Made by a program: the position numbers and the translations under genes. A stretch of 56,456 nt of DNA. It comes from Candidatus Zipacnadia bacterium. Its GTDB lineage: Bacteria > Armatimonadota > Zipacnadia > Zipacnadales > JABUFB01. The notes under the pieces are model-generated. The model saw only the letters and a list, made by a program, of their open reading frames with translations. It searched no databases and was not told the origin of the DNA. The stretch covers positions 1 to 56,456 of the forward strand of contig JALGSS010000001.1 of the NCBI GenBank assembly GCA_029821745.1, read 5' to 3'. This document shows, piece after piece, positions 10,633 through 20,580 of the stretch (its first letter is position 1; each line of letters starts with the position of its first letter).

Positions 10633-11568
10633 ATGCCGCCACAAGGGGGAGCAGCGCGAATGAAGCGGCGATTGACCAAAGCGAAGCTGGAACGCATTCT
10701 CAGGAACCCGACTCTACATCCGGAAGCACTTCTTGCCGACGAAGCCGGCCCCGACTTCCCATGGCACAAGGATGCGGACAAGGAGCACTCGTCCCAAGTC
10801 TTCTGCCTGAGTGCTTTCGGCACGCTTCGGCATCTCAGGCGTCGAGACCGTGTCGTCGCCGACTTTCTGTCCGAGCCCTTTCCCAAGACGCGCACGCGAC
10901 GACAACCCAGGAAGTGGCATGTCTTCCCCGAACAAGAGCAACCGGACCTACTCAACGAGTGTGGGAGGGGGCAGTCCACAAGCATCGACGCGCTTCTGGT
11001 TTCCAACCAGGAAGTCATATCCGTCGAGGCGAAGTTCAAGACAGATGCGAACCAGGGGTTCGGAACGTGCAGCCAGGTTGCGCGCAAGCAGGGCAGGCCC
11101 CCGGCGTGCCAAGGCTTCTACGGTCCCGGTTCCGACCGCCGCAAGAAGACGAAGGCGTGGTGTCGCCTGGAAAACTGGGACGGCACGCGGTCTCCTCGGC
11201 TGTACTGGTCCCTGGGAAAGGCTTTCTTTCAGCCGGACATCTTCCAGCAGCAGCAGCGAGGCGACGTCTGTCCCTTCAACGGGCCAAACTATCAGTTGAT
11301 GCGGAACTTCCTTTTCGCTGCCGCCTACGCCCAGAGAAACGGGAAAGGGTTCTTCGGGGTGCTGGCCATCTGCCCCGAGGCCACCTCGGACAAGGTCAAA
11401 CAGCAGATCGAGGATTTCCGCAGGAACGTCCTTCTCCCTCCCTTTCAGAGTCGGCTGAAGTTCGTCACCTACGAGAGGTACATCGAGGTTCTGCGATCCT
11501 GGGATCCCAAAGATGCGCGGGAATTGGCCGGCTTCTTGGAGGAACGGATCAGGACATTGATTGGTTGA
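10633..11568 (+). CDS. putative PD-(D/E)XK restriction endonuclease (PGN_0703-like)
   Basis: SSQVFC..F, TSIDAL, VEAKF, Cys cluster, YQLMRN motifs; start may be 10660. Confidence 0.6.
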   Translation: MPPQGGAARMKRRLTKAKLERILRNPTLHPEALLADEAGPDFPWHKDADKEHSSQVFCLSAFGTLRHLRRRDRVVADFLSEPFPKTRTRRQPRKWHVFPEQEQPDLLNECGRGQSTSIDALLVSNQEVISVEAKFKTDANQGFGTCSQVARKQGRPPACQGFYGPGSDRRKKTKAWCRLENWDGTRSPRLYWSLGKAFFQPDIFQQQQRGDVCPFNGPNYQLMRNFLFAAAYAQRNGKGFFGVLAICPEATSDKVKQQIEDFRRNVLLPPFQSRLKFVTYERYIEVLRSWDPKDARELAGFLEERIRTLIG

Positions 11569-11595
11569 CGGTTCACGGATATTCAGGAGGCCACG

Positions 11596-12662
11596 ATGGA
11601 CGATATCTACCTCGTTGATCCGGCGACGAAGGCGCTGACGCGTGTTCGCCCCGTGTCGCTGGCGGAGATCGGCCTTCGCGAGCGACAGGACCTCGAAGAA
11701 TGGGTCCGGGACCACCCGGAGATCCTGGGCGAGGAACTGCTCACGATCAGCACCGAGTACAGCGGTTTCGACAGGAGTAACCGTCGCCTCGACGTTCTCA
11801 TGCTCGACAGGAACGGACTCCTCGTCGTGGTGGAACTGAAGCTGGCCCTGGACAGAACGTTCGCCGACCAGCAGGCGATCCGGTACGCGGCGTTCTGCGA
11901 AACGATGACGATGGACCACTTGGTGACGGAGCTCGCGCACTCCGGGGAGTGCTCACAGGAGGAGGCGAGCGCCAGGATCTGCGAGTTCTTGAACAAAGAA
12001 GAACTGCCCAAACTGGACCAGGAGCTGACCGGCACGGTCCTGTGGCTCCGCAAGTTCGGCGTGGACATCACGTGCGTCGAACTCAGGCCATACAAGGTCG
12101 TCGAGGAGAACCGCCTGATCCTCGTTCCCCGCACGATCATTCCGCTGCCCCAGACCCGAAACTACGTCGTCGGGGTGGAGCAGAAAGCTGTCAGAGAACG
12201 CCAGGTGTCGAAGCCATGGGGGCGGAACGCCGCCCTATGGCGAGCCGTGGCCGACGAGTTCAATGCCCTTGGCACAGGCTTCCGGTCCTCCGGCAGGGCG
12301 CGAGGGTCTTCATGCTGGTCGGGGTCGGGCACCCACACGTCCACTACGAATGGCTTTGGCGGAAGACGGACGCCCGACTCGATGTGTCCCTGCACTTCGA
12401 GTGGCCGGACCTGGAGCGGAACCTGCGATGCGCTGAGCGTGTGCGGACGCAGGAACGCTCGATCCGCGAAGGAATGGACCTGGCATTCGAGGTTGGCAAG
12501 TACGGCAAGAGATGGGCCGAGGCACGCTTCCGAATCCCGTACGATGAGACGACGCCTGATGCCGAAATCGCGCCCGTCGCCGCCCGCACGATGAAGACGC
12601 TCATCGACCGGACCTTGCCCATCGTCCGGCAAATCATCGAGGAAGACAGGAATGCCCCGTAA
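11596..12662 (+). pseudogene. NucS/EndoMS-like nuclease with DUF4268-like C-terminus, frameshifted
   Basis: ERQDLEEWV..HPEILGEELL, RLDVL.LD..G.LVVVELK, QAIRYAAFC; C-terminal part (HVHYEW..VSLHFE) continues in another frame after ~12300. Confidence 0.65.
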
Positions 12663-13444
12663 GCGAAAGAAGAAGACCAAGCAGCTACTCACCACGGCTC
12701 AGCAACTCGGCAGCCTCATCAAGTCGGCCCGCGACATCATGCGGAAGGACAAGGGCCTGAGCGCCGACCTGGCCCGGCGCCGATGCTCACCTGGGTCATG
12801 TTCCTCAAGTTCCTCGACGACATGGAGCAGATCCGCGAACAGAAGGCGGAACTGGCCGGCGAGCGGTTCAAGCCGGCCATCGAGCCGCCGTACAGCTGGC
12901 GGGATTGGGCGGCCAAAGAGGACGGCATCACCGGCGACGAACTGATCGCTTTCGTCAACCAGGAGAAGGCCGTCCGGCCGGACGGGACCAAGGGCGCGGG
13001 CCTCTTCGCCTGCCTGCGGGGCCTGCGTGGCGCCGACGGCGGCGACCGCCGCGACGTAATCGCCACCGTCTTCCAGGGCGTCGTCAACCGCATGATCAAC
13101 GGCTACCTCCTGCGCGACGTGATCAACAAGGTCAATGGCATCCACTTCACGTCGTCCGACGAGGTCCACCCCCTGAGCGCCTTCTACGAGACGATGCTCC
13201 GCGAGATGCGGGACGCCGCCGGACAGAACGGCGAGTTCTACACGCCCCGCCCCGTCGTGCGGTTCATGGTCGAGGTGACGGACCCCAAACTGGGCGAGAC
13301 CGTCCTTGACCCCGCCTGTGGCACCGGTGGGTTCCTGGTCGAGACGTACAACCACCTCGAAGCGCCGTGCAGGACCGTTGAGGACCGGCGCGTCCTCCAG
13401 GAGGAGAGCATCGTCGGCGGCGAGGCCAAGCCGGGCCGACCCGA
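12652..13444 (+). pseudogene. hsdM: type I methyltransferase N-terminal part, frameshifted and truncated at tRNA-Asn
   Basis: IKSARDIMRKDKGL, then a shift near 12780 to MLTWVMFLKFLDD; GEFYTPRPVVRFMV; LDPACGTGGFL; ends before the NPPF motif. Confidence 0.85.
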
Positions 13445-13520
13445 TCCCCGATAGCTCAACTGGTAGAGCGAGCGGCTGTTAACCGCTAGGTTGGAGGTTC
13501 GAGTCCTCCTCGGGGAGCCA
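13445..13520 (+). tRNA. tRNA-Asn(GTT)
   Basis: 76 nt; acceptor TCCCCGA/TCGGGGA; anticodon stem AGCGG-CTGTTAA-CCGCT; GGTTCGAGTC; CCA end. Confidence 0.96.
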
Positions 13521-13531
13521 CCGCTACTTGC

Positions 13532-13566
13532 GAGCCGGTATCTCACGGGATACCGGCTCTTTCTTT
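13532..13566 (+). terminator. intrinsic terminator after tRNA-Asn
   Basis: GAGCCGGTATC-TCACGG-GATACCGGCTC followed by TTTCTTT. Confidence 0.8.
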
Positions 13567-13849
13567 GCCTCCGCAGGCCCGCCGAAATCGCGCGTCTAAC
13601 CTACTGAAACCAAGCAGGTTGCGGCAGACGTCCGCGCCCCGGTCGCCGTCCTGCTCTTCCCCAGTGAACCGCCTCACGCCCCGCCCCCGCCTCTCGGCCC
13701 AGGACTCTCACCCTCTCGCCTGTCGAACCGGGTCCGGGTTAACAACCACGATTGGAGAGAGCCTCCGCGAGCCACACGGGTCTTCCAGAAGGCCTGAGGG
13801 CCGAGGAGCCCTCTACGCTCCGAAGATAAGCATGCCCGCGTGAAAGGCC

Positions 13850-13878
13850 TTGCCACAAGAGGCGCCCAATGGTACTCT
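13850..13878 (+). promoter_or_regulatory. putative sigma70 promoter upstream of the MNT/SIR2/STAND genes
   Basis: TTGCCA-17 bp-TACTCT with extended TG. Confidence 0.4.
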
Positions 13879-13958
13879 ACTTGGGGACTATCCAGCGCCC
13901 GAGCAGCAGCCATCATAGCGCGGTCACCGAGTGTAAGAAGACGCGCAAAGGCTTACCC

Positions 13959-14272
13959 ATGTGGGTGGAAGACCCGGACGTGAACCGCGAACGCCCAGCC
14001 GAGGTCTGCCAGCGCTACGACGTGGCTCGGCTGGAGGTCTTCGGCAGCCTCGCCCGTGGGGATGCCGATGCAGGCAGCGACCTCGGCATCCTGGTGACCT
14101 TCAAGCCCGGTGCCTTGGTAGGCCTGGACTTCATCTCCTTTGGCCGCAGTTGGATGCCCTGTTCGGCCGTCCCGTGGACCTGCTCATGCGCCGCGCCGTT
14201 GAGCGCTCCCCGAACAAGTACTTCCGCCGCTTCGCCCTCAGACGGACGGAACCGATCTATGAGCGAGCTTGA
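13959..14272 (+). pseudogene. minimal nucleotidyltransferase (MNT antitoxin), frameshifted; HEPN partner lost
   Basis: VFGSLARGDA..GSDLGILV (second Asp replaced), frameshift near 14140, then LFGRPVDLL..NKYFRR. Confidence 0.75.
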
Positions 14273-14427
14273 GCCACGCCAGCGCGAGCCGGTCACCCGC
14301 GATTGGACGAGGCGCCCAATCCAGGCCAAGAAGCCCTTGTCATGGCAGCAGTGCGGTGGTCGTCCATGGGCGCATTCTCTGCCACAACCGTATGTCCGTC
14401 ACTGCTCGGGTCATAGAGCGCACGATC

Positions 14428-15420
14428 ATGGGCCAATCTGAATCGGCAGCGCGCGATGAGCTTCTTTCTCTGCTTAGGGAGAAGCGTGCCGTTCTGATGG
14501 TTGGCGCCGGCAGCAGCCGGTTTGTCGGTTACCCCTCTTGGGACGAGCTGGTCTCTAAGCTAAACGAGCTTGCACCCGGCTTGCGGAGGTCACCCAACAC
14601 CGATAGGGCTGCTTTCGTCGAGGACATCAAACAACAACTGAGGCGCGAGCGGCGCCTCGATGATTACTACAACCTGTTAGAGCGGACGTTCTCTCCACGC
14701 GATTCGGCTCCAACCCACGCGCCACTTCACTGCGCACTCGTGCAACTCGGCTTCGCCGGCATCGTGACCACCAACTACGACCCCGTGCTGGAATGGGCGA
14801 TAGGTGAAGCCTTCTCCCGCGACGTCCACCACGTCTGCCGACCCATTGACCTGTGCCAGAAGAGATGTTACCGGGTCTTTGATTTCCTTCGCTCCCTGTC
14901 ACGAGGGTCTCGCCATGATTTCGTGTTGCACCTGCACGGGTGGCACGAGAACCCCACAAACATCATTCTCACGCGGGACGACTACCAGATAAGGTACGGG
15001 GAACGACGACCCGCTACCTCTTCAGAACCAGTCCCCCGCATTCTCGACACAATCCACCGAAAGGTCATCTGGTCCCTGATGGCGATGCATTCAGTCGTGT
15101 TCGTGGGTTTCAGTATGGATGATGATTTCTTCATGGACATGGTCGACATCGTGCAGCAGGACTTTCGGCTCGGTTCCGATCCAGTGCATTTCGCCATCAT
15201 TGGCTATACGACTGATGAGGAGAAGGGCAAGATGGCGCACCATTTGAGGCGCCGGGGGATCGCGCCCGTCTTCTACCAGATGCTGGACCTCGCGGATGAT
15301 GGACCCTCGTCCCGTCACCGCCTCTTCGAAGACCTGATCCTCAATCTGGCGCGTTCGTTAGACGTGACTGTCCCACTGGGTGGACTGGATGCAGCGACGC
15401 GAAAGATGTTGGAGCGCTAG
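14428..15420 (+). CDS. SIR2-like (SIR2_2) NADase-domain protein
   Basis: VGAGSS..GYPSW, IVTTNYD, LHLHG, IILTRDDY, VFVGFSMDD; alternative start 14392. Confidence 0.88.
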   Translation: MGQSESAARDELLSLLREKRAVLMVGAGSSRFVGYPSWDELVSKLNELAPGLRRSPNTDRAAFVEDIKQQLRRERRLDDYYNLLERTFSPRDSAPTHAPLHCALVQLGFAGIVTTNYDPVLEWAIGEAFSRDVHHVCRPIDLCQKRCYRVFDFLRSLSRGSRHDFVLHLHGWHENPTNIILTRDDYQIRYGERRPATSSEPVPRILDTIHRKVIWSLMAMHSVVFVGFSMDDDFFMDMVDIVQQDFRLGSDPVHFAIIGYTTDEEKGKMAHHLRRRGIAPVFYQMLDLADDGPSSRHRLFEDLILNLARSLDVTVPLGGLDAATRKMLER

Positions 15421-15424
15421 AGAA

Positions 15425-18400
15425 ATGGAAGTACCGCGCGACGCTCTGCTGTCCGCTCTACGGCGTTTCTGCTTCGATGGCAGTGGTGTCGTGGTCGGAG
15501 CCCCCGGCATCGGCAAGACCGTTGCCCTGAAGCGATTGCACGCGTTCCTTGAGTCGCAGCGCATCCCGCTGCTCTACTTACCCATCGACAAACTGGCAGT
15601 ACAAACGCAACACGATCTCGTTGCGGAGCTCGGGCTCACGGGGGATCTCCTTGACCACCTTCGTGCGGTGGTCGCCGATCGTGGAGATCAGTGTGGGGTC
15701 CTGATCGTTGATGCGTTCGACGCGGCACGCTCCGAGGAGAAGCGGCAGTTCTTCCTCAGTCTAATCAGGCGGGTCTTGAATCAGATGGGCGACACCTGGC
15801 ATGTGCTTGCCAGTGTCAGGACGTTTGACGCCCGAAAGTCCGAGGACTTGACGGACCTGTTCCCTCCGTCCACGCTGAACGCGGCGCCGGAGCCGTTCCA
15901 TTCTGCGGCGTTCGTGTGCCGCCATTTCGTTATCCCGCCCTTCACCGACGAGGAGGTCCGCAGTGTCGCCGAATCCGTCCCGGGGTTGCTGGGCGTCTAC
16001 GAAGGTGCGACGCCCGAATTCCGCGAACTCCTGCACGTTCCGTTCAACCTTTGGCTCTTGCGGAAGCTCCTGGATCGGACCCCGAATCTCCCGGAACTTA
16101 CGTCGGTGACCTCAGAGGTAGAACTGCTTAGCCTGTTCTGGAAGCAGCGGGTAACAGACGGGCCTCTGGGCGAAGCGAGGCGCGCGGTGCTTTCTGACGT
16201 CTGCCACGCGATGGTCCAAGCGCGCGGACTCTCCGTGCGTAAGGACCGGGCCTATGATCCAGTTACTGATGACGCGTGGCGAGATCTTCTGAGCGCCGAG
16301 GTGCTTGAGGAGGTGGGCACCTCGCAACAACGCGTTAGTTTCTCGCACAACATACTCTTCGACTACGCCGTGAGCGTCCTCCTGATTGAAGACGAACCAG
16401 AAAGGGTGGTTGAATTCGTCGGTGAAGACCCTTCGCGTCCTCTCTTCCTGCGTCCAAGTCTCGACTACTACTTCACGCGCCAGTGGCATGAATCGCCGGC
16501 CACGTTCTGGCGAGGCTTCTGGTACCTTCTGGCCCAGGAAGACATCAATATCCGCCTTGTGGGACGGCTCCTGCCACCGACGGTGGCGGTCCGCGAATCG
16601 AGGCAAGTCGATGATCTCTCGCCACTCCTTGATGCCCTCAGACAGGGCTGGCCAGGGGGCGCCAAAGGGGTGTTGCGCGTCTTACAGGCTCTTCGGGCAC
16701 TCGACGTGAAGAGGGACGCCCTTTGGTGCCGGTTCCTTGAGAGCATCACGCCGCACGTGGAGCCAGATTGGGCGTGGGACTTGGCCGTAATAGCGTCTGA
16801 AATCCTCGACCGGGCTGAGTCGGCAGGGAACGATCAGACGATCGGAGCGTGCGGCAATGTTGGGCGCCTGCTCCTCGGGTGGGTGTGGAGGCAACGGGAG
16901 CACGGCAGCGGGGAGTCTCTGGACCGGCTCGGCGCCTTTTGGGCCGTTCCGCTGGTAGCACGGACCTTTTGCTCCGATACCCAGGAGTCACGACGGATTC
17001 TGGAGCCAATACTTTCTCTCCCGGAGCAGCCGGACTTCCCCATAAACTACCTGTATCGCATGGTCCACCACCTCGACAGCATCTGGCCATTTGACCCTGA
17101 GTTCGCTGCGGCGGTCTACGAGACGGTGTTCGCCCATGAGGAGGAGAGCCAGGAACCCACGCCAATGGGAGGCTACGTTCTCCCGATGTCGAGCAACCGG
17201 CGGCAAGATTACGAAATGTGCAAGTACATGCTTGTCGAGCATTTTCCTGCCTTTGTGCGCGCTGCTCCAGCGCCAGCAACGAAGGCCTGCATTCGCTCGT
17301 TGAATGAGTACGTCATTAGGCGTCACGTGCAACCGTATCTGAGGCCTGGCGTGTCGCTGGAAGATCTTCCAGAGCGCTTCCCCTTCCGTGGCGGAGAGGC
17401 GGTCTACTTCCCAGATCTCAGTTACATATGGGATGAAAGCGAGCATCCTGACGAACCAGTCAAGCTTGCAGATCACCTGTTCATATACGTGGCCGAGGTC
17501 GCGTCGCGGAGCGACGGCCTGGCCACACTCGGCCAACTCCTGGATATCTTCCGTGATGAGGTCAGGGCAGCCGTCTTCTGGCGTAGACTGCTGCGGATAG
17601 GGGCCCGAAACCCCTTCGTCTTTGCTTCCCTGGTCTCGGAGCTGTGCGTCGCTCGTCCTGTGCTCAGGGGACCTGAATGTCGGTACGAACTCGGACTGTT
17701 CCTCGAGGCGGCGGCGTCCGAGTTCTCGAATGAGCTCTTAGGGGCGATAGAGACAATGATTCTCGCTCTGCCGCCGTCAGAGGAATCGCTGGAAGCGCGG
17801 CAATATGCCTCCCAACTCCAGGACCGCTTGTTGGCGAGGCTACCTCAAGATCGTCTCCAGACGGAGGAAGCACGAGCGCGTCGCCGAGAGATGCAGAAAA
17901 CACGATCAGCGCCTCCCAATGAACCTCCTGTGAGCACCAGATTCACCTGGGAGCCTTTTTCCGAAGAGGACTGGTTCGCAGAGCAGGGAGTGGATGTGAC
18001 GCGCGAGCCGAATCAGCGGCTCATGGCTTTCTTTGGAAAGCTGGACTCATTCATCGATTCGTGGCTGAATGAACAGCCCGACCCAGGGGCACTGGACGCC
18101 ATTCTCCCGGTGATCTCTGACGCGCATGAAGCCTGTACAGCCGAGAACGATGCCGATCTCCCTATCTCCACGGCGGCGTGGACGAAGACAGCCCAGTGCG
18201 CGGAGATAGTGGCGCGAGCACGTATGCGCGACAGTCCGGACAGCCCAGATTTCTTCCTTTGTCGGGAGATCCTGCTTCGGTGCGCAAATCACGGATCGCC
18301 CGAACCGGACCCCGAGCGCGATGCGCACTATGACCTTCCGTCATGGTCTCCGGCGCCCCGCAACGAGGCCGCTCAAGGCCTGTTCTGGCTGGTCGTCCGC

Positions 18401-19474
18401 AGGGCGGACAAGGAGCTCCTGGCCGCCATAGAGAAGCTGGCCAACGATCCTGTGCCTTCTGTGCGCTTCCTCTCCACCCGGAATCTCTGGTGTCTCAGGC
18501 CGTGCGCAACTGAGTTGATGTGGCGGGTGGTGGACCATCTTGCGCGGAACGAGGCAAACCACACTATCCTTCATGCTCTCTGTCGGACCCTTGGCCGTTT
18601 GGCCGCGGGGAACGAAGAAGCAGTCGTCAAGACGCTGAGGGTTCTCGCCGACCGCGCATTGGCTGGTCCGGGCGATTCGGCGTTTGTGGAAGCCTTTCTG
18701 GGCCTGCTCTTGTGGCTAGTGTTCGTTCGCGACAATGGCTGGGCGAAGCGCGCCGTAGCTGAGTTGCTGAGGCAGCCCACTGAACGAGCCGACGTCCTTT
18801 CGAGAGCAGCTTTCGAGGCATTGACGTATGTGACGCCGAGGAAGATGCTGGACTCGTCGAGCTCCACTGCTGCTGAGCGCGCGGTTGCTTGGCTGCGCGA
18901 AGCGATCGGTGCCGCTGTGGGCGGGATCGCTGAGATTCGCAGGATCCCTGAATCGGAATGGTCTGACCTGAATAGAGCCCAACTGAAGGGAACTTACAGT
19001 GTCCTCGATCATGTTGTGATGCGGCTGTTCTTCTCCTCGGGTCTTGGCCCGACACAGCGCGCGGACACGGAACGCGTATCAGACAAAGAACGGAGGGCCT
19101 TCTACTTCGCCGTCAAGCCACTGCTTGAGCAGATTCTGAGTTTCACCCTGGATGAGCAGAGCGGAGTGCTCTTCGCCCCCACAGCCCACCATTTCATGGA
19201 GTTGTTGAACGGTGTCCTCAGATACGACCCGAGAGGTGTCCTGCACATGGCGGCCGGCGTCGCCAAGTCGAGCAGCCGCTACGGATACAACCTTGACTCA
19301 TTGGCTATCCGGGAGACTGTGAAGCTCACCGAGGCTGTCCTGGCCGACTACCGGCACGAGGTCCGCGAGGGTGAGCCCCTGAGAGACCTGCTGACGCTGT
19401 TGGACGTGTTCGCCGAGGCCGGATGGCCGGACGCGCTGCGTCTCATCTGGCGTCTCGATGAGGTCTACAGATAG
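15425..19474 (+). CDS. STAND NTPase with long helical sensor region, Avs2-like, lacking an N-terminal effector
   Basis: Walker A GAPGIGKT about 25 aa from the start; Walker B LIVDAFDAAR; VLASVRTFD; PFNLWL; FSHNILFDY; C-terminal LDVFAEAGWPDALRLIWRLDEVYR. Confidence 0.8.
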   Translation: MEVPRDALLSALRRFCFDGSGVVVGAPGIGKTVALKRLHAFLESQRIPLLYLPIDKLAVQTQHDLVAELGLTGDLLDHLRAVVADRGDQCGVLIVDAFDAARSEEKRQFFLSLIRRVLNQMGDTWHVLASVRTFDARKSEDLTDLFPPSTLNAAPEPFHSAAFVCRHFVIPPFTDEEVRSVAESVPGLLGVYEGATPEFRELLHVPFNLWLLRKLLDRTPNLPELTSVTSEVELLSLFWKQRVTDGPLGEARRAVLSDVCHAMVQARGLSVRKDRAYDPVTDDAWRDLLSAEVLEEVGTSQQRVSFSHNILFDYAVSVLLIEDEPERVVEFVGEDPSRPLFLRPSLDYYFTRQWHESPATFWRGFWYLLAQEDINIRLVGRLLPPTVAVRESRQVDDLSPLLDALRQGWPGGAKGVLRVLQALRALDVKRDALWCRFLESITPHVEPDWAWDLAVIASEILDRAESAGNDQTIGACGNVGRLLLGWVWRQREHGSGESLDRLGAFWAVPLVARTFCSDTQESRRILEPILSLPEQPDFPINYLYRMVHHLDSIWPFDPEFAAAVYETVFAHEEESQEPTPMGGYVLPMSSNRRQDYEMCKYMLVEHFPAFVRAAPAPATKACIRSLNEYVIRRHVQPYLRPGVSLEDLPERFPFRGGEAVYFPDLSYIWDESEHPDEPVKLADHLFIYVAEVASRSDGLATLGQLLDIFRDEVRAAVFWRRLLRIGARNPFVFASLVSELCVARPVLRGPECRYELGLFLEAAASEFSNELLGAIETMILALPPSEESLEARQYASQLQDRLLARLPQDRLQTEEARARRREMQKTRSAPPNEPPVSTRFTWEPFSEEDWFAEQGVDVTREPNQRLMAFFGKLDSFIDSWLNEQPDPGALDAILPVISDAHEACTAENDADLPISTAAWTKTAQCAEIVARARMRDSPDSPDFFLCREILLRCANHGSPEPDPERDAHYDLPSWSPAPRNEAAQGLFWLVVRRADKELLAAIEKLANDPVPSVRFLSTRNLWCLRPCATELMWRVVDHLARNEANHTILHALCRTLGRLAAGNEEAVVKTLRVLADRALAGPGDSAFVEAFLGLLLWLVFVRDNGWAKRAVAELLRQPTERADVLSRAAFEALTYVTPRKMLDSSSSTAAERAVAWLREAIGAAVGGIAEIRRIPESEWSDLNRAQLKGTYSVLDHVVMRLFFSSGLGPTQRADTERVSDKERRAFYFAVKPLLEQILSFTLDEQSGVLFAPTAHHFMELLNGVLRYDPRGVLHMAAGVAKSSSRYGYNLDSLAIRETVKLTEAVLADYRHEVREGEPLRDLLTLLDVFAEAGWPDALRLIWRLDEVYR

Positions 19475-19845
19475 GCCCTAACCGCGTTCGTTTTGAATGC
19501 CCAGCCCCACGTTTCGGACCTCCGCCGGGTGAGAAAAGCAGACGGGATTCCTGTGAGCAAGGCCAGACACCGCGTCGGTCTCCCGGCGAAAGCCCTTGGA
19601 CTTCGCATCGTGCTTCGCGGCCTCCGGGTGGCGTGCGGCCGCGACCGCCGGTTGCGCGTCTGGCCGCCCGCGACAGCCCAGCCCCTTCCTCTGACCCCCG
19701 GACAGAATCCCGGTTGACCACCCCGATTTCCGCGGGGTAGGGTGACGAATTCGCTCCAGGCGCAGATATAGAGGTCGGGAGACATCCGGCCAATCTGCGA
19801 AGGAGCGCGCCCACGCCCCGACGGAGCCGAACTGCCCCGCCCCGC

Positions 19846-20007
19846 CTCTCGCCGGCCCAGCGCCGGCGCGAGATCATCGACATCATCGCCACGGGCCTCG
19901 CCAGGATGCCTCTGGCGCTGGCCATCCCGTCAGGACAGGCGATGCCACGCGCCGGCGAAAAACTCTCAAGAAGGCCGCAGAAAGCCCTTGAGGTGTGCGC
20001 CGCGTGA
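19846..20007 (+). pseudogene. small ORF remnant preceding DUF2924
   Basis: LSPAQRRREIIDIIATGLARM resembles the short ORF usually found upstream of DUF2924; no intact start seen. Confidence 0.35.
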
Positions 20008-20055
20008 TGGCTCAGTGTCCACCGGGCGGTTAACGCGCCGAGAAAGGATGGCGAG

Positions 20056-20580
20056 ATGGGTAAGCGCAAGATCGACATCCCGAGGGAACTGACGGCAATG
20101 AAGAACATGAGCGCCGGCGACCTCCGGGGCAAGTACGCCGAGTTGTACGGCGAGGCGTCGCGGAGCGGCAACCGACAGTGGCTGTTTCGCCGGTGCGCGT
20201 GGCGGCTGCAGTCGTTGGCTGAGGGCGGCCTGTCCGAGCGGGCCCGACGCCGGGCCAAGGAACTGGCCCGGGACGCCGACATCCGGGTGATCCCGCCAGC
20301 CGACCTGGTGAGGCCCGCACCCGACCGGCCTGGGCACCGGAGACAGCCGGCCCGGAAGTACCTCCGCGCCAACCATGATCCTCGGCTCCCGATGCCGGGG
20401 ACCCGCATCCCCCGCCCGTACAAGGGCCATACCTGCGTGGTCGAGGTCCTGTCCAACGGGTTCGCCTACGACGGCGAGTTCTACCGATCCCTGTCGGCCG
20501 TGGCCCACGCCATCACAGGCAGCCACTGGAACGGCTACTTGTTCTTTGGAATCCAGGACCCACGTAAGGGAGACGAATGA
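20056..20580 (+). CDS. DUF2924 domain protein
   Basis: [16 protein letters not shown]...[29 protein letters not shown]. Confidence 0.88.
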   Translation: MGKRKIDIPRELTAMKNMSAGDLRGKYAELYGEASRSGNRQWLFRRCAWRLQSLAEGGLSERARRRAKELARDADIRVIPPADLVRPAPDRPGHRRQPARKYLRANHDPRLPMPGTRIPRPYKGHTCVVEVLSNGFAYDGEFYRSLSAVAHAITGSHWNGYLFFGIQDPRKGDE

